Assembly (NCBI GenBank): GCA_002104945.1
Contig: MCFH01000003.1
Span: 558,001-622,000 of the forward strand
Source of the DNA: Piromyces finnis finn
Lineage: Eukaryota; Fungi; Neocallimastigomycota
DNA: 64,000 bases
Reading direction: 5' to 3'
Part shown: positions 56,433 through 64,000 of the stretch, piece by piece
Layout: each line of letters starts with the position of its first letter
Position numbering within the stretch: position 1 is the first letter of the stretch
Notes under the pieces: model-generated
The model's database searches: none
What the model was told of the DNA's origin: nothing
What the model saw: the letters and a program-made list of their open reading frames with translations, nothing else
Position numbers and translations under genes: made by a program

Positions 56433-58253
56433 ATGAAATTTAACCAAGCTTTCGCTTTAACTGCTTTAGCAGCTTCTGCTAATGGTTATGAACTTTTAAG
56501 AGATTATGCTAAAGGTTTTAGAATTGGTGCTGCTACTAATACTATTCACTACAGTAACTCAAACTACATTGAAGCTATGAAATCCTTTAACTATATGGTC
56601 GCTGAAAATGGTTGTAAATTTGTTAGTATCCAAGGTACTAAGGGTAAATTCAACTTCAACGACTGTGATAATCACTTAAAGAAAGCTAAAGAATTAGGTA
56701 TGGCTTTTAGAGGACACGCTTTAATTTGGCATGCTATGGCTCCACAATGGATTGAACATGAAGACTCTAATACAATGAAACAATCTATTATTAACCATGT
56801 CACTACAGTTTTAAAGCATTACGAAGGTAAAATTGATGCTTGGGATGTCGTTAATGAAGCTATTGATGATGGATCTAATGGTAATGGTTGGAAATTCCGT
56901 AATTCTTTCCTCTACCAAAAGGTTCCTGATTTTATTGATATTGCTTTCAAGACTGCTAGAGAAGTTTCCCCAAATACTAAACTTTTCTACAATGATTACA
57001 ACACTGAAGCCATTTGGGCAAAGAGTGAATCTGTTTACCAATTTGTTGCTGATATGAAAAAACGTAACATTCCAATTGATGGTGTTGGTCTTCAATATCA
57101 CGTTGGTATTAATGTTCAACCACAATTTAACAAAATTGATAATTTAATTAGTCGTTACTGTAAATTAGGTGTTGAAGTACACATTACTGAATTAGATGTT
57201 AGTTGTGATGACAATTGTAATGATTACGATGGTGGTGAAGGTAAGCAATCCCAAGTTTACACTAACGCTTTAAAGGCTTGTCTCAACAATTCTTGTTGTA
57301 CTGGTTTCCTCGTTTGGGGTATTGGTGATAATGATAGTTGGAGAGGTGCTGAAAATAAACCATTACTTTTCGATAGTAACTACAAACCAAAGGGTCAATA
57401 CAACACTATTTTAAATATTTTAAAGAATACTCCAGCTTCCGTTCTTGAAAATAGAGCACCAGCTGAAAATCCATCTTTTGATATTGAACCATCATCCCCA
57501 TCTGTTAAACTTGATGATGGTTGGTACTACATTAAAAACACTGCTTCCGGTAAATATCTTTCTGTTAAGGATGATAAGGGTGTCAGTGGTCAAAATGTTG
57601 AAATTAACTCTTCAAAAAGAAAGTGGAAACTTACTAACAACAGTGATGGTACTGTATGCTTAACTAGTGATCTTGGTGACCTTATGCTTGATGTATTTGG
57701 TGGTAGAGGTGATGATGGTACTAACATTGAAATTTACAATGCTCATGGTGGTGATGCTCAAAAATTCATTATTAGAAAAACTTCTGAAAATAATGTCTAT
57801 GTCATCAGTACTAAAGTAAGTGATGGATACAAGGTTCTTGATATTGAAAAGGAAGGTAAGACTGATGGAAGTAATATTTGTCAATGGGAAAATGGTGAAA
57901 GAGGTAACCAAACTTGGACTTTTGAATTAGTTAGTGGTACTGGCTCTCAAAACAACAATAACCAAAGTAGTAGTAACCAAGTTGCTTGTTGGTCTACTGG
58001 TTTAGGTTACAATTGCTGTAAATCATGTGTTGATGTTGCTTACATCGATAATGATGGTAAATGGGGTGTTGAAAACAACAAATGGTGTGGTATTCCAAGT
58101 AACTGTAACACTAACAACAATGCTAGTAGCTGTAAGGGAGCTCAAGGTTATCCATGTTGTCAATTCTCCTGTGATGTTTATTCTACTGATAGTGATGGTA
58201 AATGGAGTGTTGAAAACAATAACTGGTGTTTAATTGATAATTCCAAGTGTTAA
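56433..58253 (+). CDS. Secreted cellulosomal endo-1,4-beta-xylanase: GH10 + CBM13 (ricin-type) + 2 fungal dockerin (CBM10/NCDD) modules, intronless
   Basis: Signal peptide, RGHALIWH, acid/base WDVVNEA, KLFYNDYN, IDGVGLQYH and nucleophile HITELDV. The ricin-like domain has AQKF and NQTW repeats. The two dockerins are GYNCC..DNDGKWGVENNKWCG and GYPCC..DSDGKWSVENNNWC. Confidence 0.96.
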   Translation: MKFNQAFALTALAASANGYELLRDYAKGFRIGAATNTIHYSNSNYIEAMKSFNYMVAENGCKFVSIQGTKGKFNFNDCDNHLKKAKELGMAFRGHALIWHAMAPQWIEHEDSNTMKQSIINHVTTVLKHYEGKIDAWDVVNEAIDDGSNGNGWKFRNSFLYQKVPDFIDIAFKTAREVSPNTKLFYNDYNTEAIWAKSESVYQFVADMKKRNIPIDGVGLQYHVGINVQPQFNKIDNLISRYCKLGVEVHITELDVSCDDNCNDYDGGEGKQSQVYTNALKACLNNSCCTGFLVWGIGDNDSWRGAENKPLLFDSNYKPKGQYNTILNILKNTPASVLENRAPAENPSFDIEPSSPSVKLDDGWYYIKNTASGKYLSVKDDKGVSGQNVEINSSKRKWKLTNNSDGTVCLTSDLGDLMLDVFGGRGDDGTNIEIYNAHGGDAQKFIIRKTSENNVYVISTKVSDGYKVLDIEKEGKTDGSNICQWENGERGNQTWTFELVSGTGSQNNNNQSSSNQVACWSTGLGYNCCKSCVDVAYIDNDGKWGVENNKWCGIPSNCNTNNNASSCKGAQGYPCCQFSCDVYSTDSDGKWSVENNNWCLIDNSKC

Positions 58254-58563
58254 ATAACTACTCTATAGATTAAAATGTTAAATATCAATATTGTAAATTT
58301 AATATTTTGTAATTTGTAATTATCAATAAGTATATCTTTGATTACCTAAAAATAATAATAATATTATAGATTTAGAAAAAAAATCATAAATATTAAATAT
58401 TATTGAATAATATATTGTATAATAAAAAAAAATTTAAAATATAAAAAAATTTTGTGTAATAAATATAAAGTAACAAATAGATTATAGTTTAATATAAATG
58501 AAAATAAATTCATATATAGATATATATTCTATTTGAATCGGAAAATAACGAACCAAGCAAACA

Positions 58564-58604
<41 letters not shown>

Positions 58605-58779
58605 GCGTAACAGTAAATAAAAATAAAAATAAAAAAATTTTATATCTTTAGGTTTAGTGTATTTATATTGTGTGTAAAATACTTTTAAAAATTAAAATGA
58701 TTTACTTTTTAATAAATAATTAAATTGGATATAGTTATTATAAATTCTTTAGATTTATCAAGAAAATTGTTAATTAAAA

Positions 58780-59400
58780 AAATGAGAATTTTATTAGTAA
58801 TGAAGTTTCTGAAGGGGCACTACTCATGCTTAAAGAGAGTAGTAATAAATCCAAGCCTTGCGCAATAGAAATAATAATATTAGTAATGATAGCAATAGTG
58901 ATGATAATAATTCTAATTTAGATAGTAATTTAGTTGATGATAGCAATAGTTCTAATAATCCGGTGAATATTAATGTGTATGATTATTCTAGTGTGTGCAG
59001 TAAAATATTTAAATTCCTTCTTGGGGGAAGAAGTTTTAACAATATTAATTACAATTCAAGGGAATGGAAAGAACTTTGTAAGTGTCAGATTCAATCTGGT
59101 ACTAACGAAGGAACACCATTCTTGACGGTAACCGCGGAACTTCTAACCAAAATCATGCCTTTTGCTATTGGCCAGCAATGGTCAATGTTCAAAAGGTTTG
59201 AAGCAACATCCAAGAGCGTCAATGCTGAAGAAACAGTAAGACAGGCCAGGAGGGCCAGCGCAACCAATGGAGATCATAATTTTGTCCCATGATAAAATTT
59301 TGATCTTTGGCTCGGTGTCCCATTGGAAGTCAAATACAATTATTATACTTTAGTATGATAGTGGCTTTCTTACTTTAATTAAAATTACTAGAATACATTA
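58780..59400 (+). mobile_element. Probable degenerate Ty3/Gypsy-type integrase relic (frameshifted, with stops)
   Basis: This island is richer in GC than its flanks. An alternative frame reads ILDGNRGTSNQNHAFCYWPAMVNVQKV*SNIQERQC*RNSK (like the integrase Zn-binding ..GH.G..YYWP.M..C..CQ.NK). Another frame reads FDLWLGVPLEVKYNYYTLV** (like the catalytic-core start ..DxxGPL...YxLV). I found no LTRs. Confidence 0.45.
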
Positions 59401-59528
59401 TACCCAATTTTTATTCATTTGTGTTTATTTAAACATATTTTTTTTATTTTTATTTTATTTTAATTTTTTTTATTATATGTATTATAATTTTAATTAAATT
59501 AATAATAAAGTTTAAAATATTTGATGCC

Positions 59529-59577
<49 letters not shown>

Positions 59578-59764
59578 CGCAATGAATGCTTGGTTAGTCT
59601 TTATTGGGAAAAATTATTAGGACTAAGTTCATGGTACTAAGACCCTATTGTTTTAAGATGATGTTTGATTTTATTTTATATTATTTATAGCTTATATATA
59701 AATTAAATAAATAAATACAAGAAGAAGTGTATTTTCTTCCTAGTCTAAAAAAAAAAAATAGTAT

Positions 59765-60090
59765 TCATTGACGTTCCTTCTTGGTGGAACTTTGGCTTAT
59801 GATAAGTTACAAATCAACAAGGAAGAACAAAAACATTCGAATGAACAGTTTTATAATTCATCGGGATCTCGTAGCTTTTTATACCAAAAACAATTCTTAT
59901 CATTAATAGCTCAACGAAGCCACTTTTTAATAGGTTTATTAAGGTTATTAAGACATCTAATGTAATTAAGAGCGTCAACATCTTACTAACACGGCAAAGG
60001 AACATTCCTAATGTTCCATACAAAGGATTCAATGTTAATATTTCTTCAAACAAAAACATTATGAACTCATGGGAAAGTTTAGTTGACATT
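59765..60090. pseudogene. Degenerate coding-like fragment, possibly from a second transposable element
   Basis: Higher GC than the flanks. A minus frame reads FVWNIRNVPLPC**DVDALNYIRCLNNLNKPIKKWLR*AINDKNCFWYKKLRDPDEL* with multiple stops. Its identity is not established. Confidence 0.3.
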
Positions 60091-60194
60091 ATTGTTATTT
60101 TTCTTTTTTTTTCGTTTATTTTATTAAGTAAGGACCAATCCTACACAGTCCAACAACTTTTATAGTTCATTAAACTTTTATGCAACTTAAAATA

Positions 60195-60278
60195 TTATTT
60201 TATTTTATTTTATTTTATTTTATTTTATTTTATTTTATTTTATTTTATTTTATTTTATTTTATTTTATTTTTATTTTA
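60195..60278. repeat. (TTTTA)n microsatellite immediately downstream of the GT17 stop codon
   Basis: Directly visible. Confidence 0.95.
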
Positions 60279-60292
60279 TATATATATATATT

Positions 60293-62722
60293 TTATTTTT
60301 CTTTTCTTAAAGGAGTAATTTCATCTAAAACTTTATTACTTAATTGATTGAAATCTACAGTGCTCCATTCTTCTTTTGGAATAACTTCCCACCATAGCCG
60401 TTTACTTAAACCATAATCACGATCTAGCATATAGGAATAGCAAATTGGATTTTCCCATACCTGACGTGGTAATTCATGAAGAATAAGATAATTTAATTTT
60501 CTCAAGGTATTGATTTCAATATCTTCATTAAATTCACTTTCTATCTTTTTCCATAATTTGTAACTGTATAAACCTGGGACTTTCTCATTTTGAGTTTCTG
60601 GGAGATTTATATTAATAGTTTCCATAGGTGGATAGTTTCCAAAGATATAACGATGCTCATGAATTCTATTTATTATCGATTCTTTTTGTTCTTCATAACT
60701 TAAGTTTTTGAATTCATCATAATGAGAGTAAGATTTCAATTTGTTCATAAAGTTTGGCATATTTGGAAGGAAAGAACTCATATGCCATCCACTCTTATAA
60801 AAGGAAATTTGATTATCACTAGTAGATTTGTTAGGGTTTGTAACAAATCTAACTTCAGATTCTCCTAAATATCCTTCACCTTTTCTATTTGGAGTATTAT
60901 TGTCAGTATATGTATATCCTTGATATGGATCAATTCCCATATTTGTATCATTATCGTCATAAATTAAGGCATGATTACCTTCAATAATATCTTCTTTGAT
61001 TTCATTTCGCTTAACAAGATGATATTGGTTTGCATATTTCTTTAAATTATATTTATTTCCATTTAAAGTATATTGAGGATATTGTCCTAATGATCTTCTA
61101 GCATCAAAAATTGCTATATTAGGATGAAATGAATTACCAATTTGTTTTTTTTTGACCATATTGAAAGAATACTCATAAAAGTAACTATTAAAAGCAAGAG
61201 AAGGGAAAACATCATAATCAACTAAATATTTTCCCATTCTTGATTTTGCTATAGGTAAGGATTTATCTCGAATATAACTTTTAACATTAGGATCTGCCAT
61301 GGATTCTGGTGCTCCACCAAATCCCATTTGTAAATGTTCCCATCCTCCACATTTTTTAAGGTAGGAAAGTAATCGTGCTTTAGGCATTTCATCTAAATCT
61401 CCATGGAAAAATAAATCTCCATGTCGAGCATTAACTGCTCGTAATCCTTTTTCAATTACTTGTCTTCTTGCTAAATGTTCTCTTGGAAAGGCTGGCCCTC
61501 TAGGGTGAGCTTTTTTCATTTCTAAAACCGGAAGGGTTACCGGAATAATTTTGTCTCTAAATTTTTCATATCTATTAGTTTCAAGAAGTGTTCTTGTTAA
61601 ATAAAGTGGCTTTTTATATCCTGAAAATGTACAATTGGATTCATAGATAATGAAATAATCGACAATTTCGTAAAATTCTGATAAATACACATCTAATAAT
61701 TCAAATTCTGAATTAAATAAAATCATACTAAACAATCTTCTTCTTCTTGGATCTGGGACTTTATCCATTGGACTTTTTATTACTTTACTGTAATAGTCAC
61801 CATCATTATTTTCTTTAATATCATAATATCCATAGTCAAAAGGGTGATACGTTTCGCTTAACATTTCTTTAATAGTTGCATTTTTATAATTTGGAACATT
61901 TCCATCTGTTTCTTTCCATTCTTTAAATTTTTTCATTTGTGAAGTAATACTACTAAGTCTTAAAGTGTATGGTATCCTAGTATTATCTTTAATCTTATTA
62001 AATGGAATTGCAATATCTTCACATATTGGATTTAATATATCATCAGAATAATGAACTGGTTGAAGATTTGGACAAGGTGGAGTATATAATGACCATTCTT
62101 CAATAGTAGTATCAGTATTATTATCAAGAGCTTTATTTATCATTCCATCCATTATATATTGATTTACATCCACACCATATCTATCATAAAGTGGTTTCTT
62201 TTTTATAATATGATTTTCTGTATATGTTTGTTCAATAACATAACCAGGGCCTAATGATGAAAGATCATTATTATTCTTTTCATTTTCATTATTATCTATA
62301 GTATTTTCGGAATCTTTATTAGCATTATCTTTAATATTCTTATTCATTTCATTTTTATTTTCTTCAACTCTAGTTATTTCATCTTTATTATTATTTTCAA
62401 TTTCATTACCATTTTTGTCTTCATTTCCTGAATTTATATTGCTGTTATTATTTTCAATTTCATTACCATTTTTGTCTTCATTTCCTGAATTTATATTGCT
62501 GTTATTATTTTCATCCTCACTTTTACCATTTTTATATAATAGAAAATTACTATTGGTTTGTTTTTCTTTACTATTTATATCTCTAAAATTAATAGTACCT
62601 TCGTTTTTTGAATTATTAAAACTCTGATATATCTGAAAAGCTAGTATCATAGTTAATAATATCATTATTATTAACTTTTTTTTCCTTAATATTTTAGCTA
62701 AACTTATATTCCTATACGCCAT
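60293..62722 (-). CDS. Glycosyltransferase family 17 (beta-1,4-N-acetylglucosaminyltransferase, MGAT3/GnT-III-like), type II membrane, intronless, 809 aa
   Basis: N-terminal signal anchor LIIMILLTMILAFQIY and an N/E-rich stem containing a 57-nt duplication (about 62390-62512). GT17 motifs include RRLFSMILFNSEFELLD..YEIVDYFIIYESNCTFSG.KKPLY, DxD in HGDLDEMP, and GWHMSSF..KLKSYSH. Confidence 0.88.
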   Translation of the reverse strand: MAYRNISLAKILRKKKLIIMILLTMILAFQIYQSFNNSKNEGTINFRDINSKEKQTNSNFLLYKNGKSEDENNNSNINSGNEDKNGNEIENNNSNINSGNEDKNGNEIENNNKDEITRVEENKNEMNKNIKDNANKDSENTIDNNENEKNNNDLSSLGPGYVIEQTYTENHIIKKKPLYDRYGVDVNQYIMDGMINKALDNNTDTTIEEWSLYTPPCPNLQPVHYSDDILNPICEDIAIPFNKIKDNTRIPYTLRLSSITSQMKKFKEWKETDGNVPNYKNATIKEMLSETYHPFDYGYYDIKENNDGDYYSKVIKSPMDKVPDPRRRRLFSMILFNSEFELLDVYLSEFYEIVDYFIIYESNCTFSGYKKPLYLTRTLLETNRYEKFRDKIIPVTLPVLEMKKAHPRGPAFPREHLARRQVIEKGLRAVNARHGDLFFHGDLDEMPKARLLSYLKKCGGWEHLQMGFGGAPESMADPNVKSYIRDKSLPIAKSRMGKYLVDYDVFPSLAFNSYFYEYSFNMVKKKQIGNSFHPNIAIFDARRSLGQYPQYTLNGNKYNLKKYANQYHLVKRNEIKEDIIEGNHALIYDDNDTNMGIDPYQGYTYTDNNTPNRKGEGYLGESEVRFVTNPNKSTSDNQISFYKSGWHMSSFLPNMPNFMNKLKSYSHYDEFKNLSYEEQKESIINRIHEHRYIFGNYPPMETININLPETQNEKVPGLYSYKLWKKIESEFNEDIEINTLRKLNYLILHELPRQVWENPICYSYMLDRDYGLSKRLWWEVIPKEEWSTVDFNQLSNKVLDEITPLRKEK

Positions 62723-63329
62723 TCCTTTATTTTCAAAAATTTAAGAATATTTTTACAATAAATACAAATTAATTACAGATTCTAAAGTAGATAAAGTATA
62801 ACTAAGCTAAAAATTAATATTGTATTAGCTTTAACTTAATAATATTAATCTACTTATATTAGACAATAACTTAATTTGATTAAACTATAATCAAAAAAAA
62901 AAAATATTTATCCTAAAATAATTCTTTATAATAAAAGCAATTTTAAATACTTTTATATTATATTTATATTTTAAATATATATTTTTTTACCTTTTTTTTC
63001 TCATAATGAAATAATGAAATATTAGTTAAATTATATCAATTATTTTAACCAATAATCAATAGTATTCTATTTTTATCCCTGGATAAATTCTTTATAAAAT
63101 TTTAACTATTTTATGTTTTAACTGTCTTAACTTGGTACTTCCTTTCAGGATTCTTTCTATTCTATTTAACTGTTAATATTTATGCTTTTTTCACCAATGA
63201 AAAATATATATGTACTTTTTGTAAAAACATTGAAATAATAACACATTAATATTTATTATATTATCATTTAACTAATCTGCTATTTAAGCTAAAAGAATTA
63301 TTTAAATTTAATTATTACCCACCTGTTTA

Positions 63330-63521
<192 letters not shown>

Positions 63522-64000
63522 ACTAATATTAATATGCCTTATATGCATTCCAATTAGAATATTTTACACTACAGATATTATTCAAATTATTCAATATGAG
63601 ATAATAAGTTAACTATTATTAGATTATTAGATTCTTTGATTACATTCTTATAGCTAAATAAGATTATACTTATTCATGTAGTTACAAGAGTGTATATACA
63701 AAAATAATTAAAAATATATGATTATTTAAAACTTAACTTTTTCTTAGATGTTTTTTAATTTATAATGTTAATTATAATCTCTACTTATTGTTTTTGGGAA
63801 TAATTATTATATTTATTATTTTAATCTTTATTGTTTTTTCAATTATCAAAATTCAAAAAAATATATATATAATGTAAAATTATTTTGTTCTATCACTAAA
63901 ATTTAAAAAAAAAATTAATAATAAATATTTATAAAAAAAAATATGAAAAATAGATAACTACTCTTATTTCAATTTAATCATCGTAATATAGTATAAAAAT

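Overview
Extremely AT-rich, intron-containing eukaryotic DNA. The GH10 xylanase carrying tandem fungal (CBM10-type) dockerins, the GT17 gene, the flagellar TTC25 gene and the base composition point to an anaerobic gut fungus (Neocallimastigomycota). I resolve 14 protein-coding genes: TTC25/ODAD4 with a giant repeat tail, PAB1, UBC6, a single-pass membrane protein with a Met/Asn-repeat tail, a PHO13-like HAD phosphatase, a small Cys-rich membrane protein, a CAMK-type kinase with an Arg/Asp/Ser repeat tail, an unassigned helical protein, kexin, RBX1, URA5/OPRTase, an NTO1/BRPF-like PZP-bromodomain protein, a GH10-CBM13-dockerin xylanase and a GT17 glycosyltransferase. There is also a probable decayed retrotransposon relic between the two CAZyme genes, several long microsatellites, and a perfect 21-bp hairpin in the PAB1-UBC6 intergenic region. 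There is no CRISPR array and no rRNA or tRNA that I can recognise. The most notable signals are independently expanded, phosphosite-like tandem-repeat tails (especially about 35 S[RK]PAS units fused to the dynein-docking protein TTC25), frequent AAG splice acceptors, and the hairpin. Exon structures were assembled by hand; no database searches were run.
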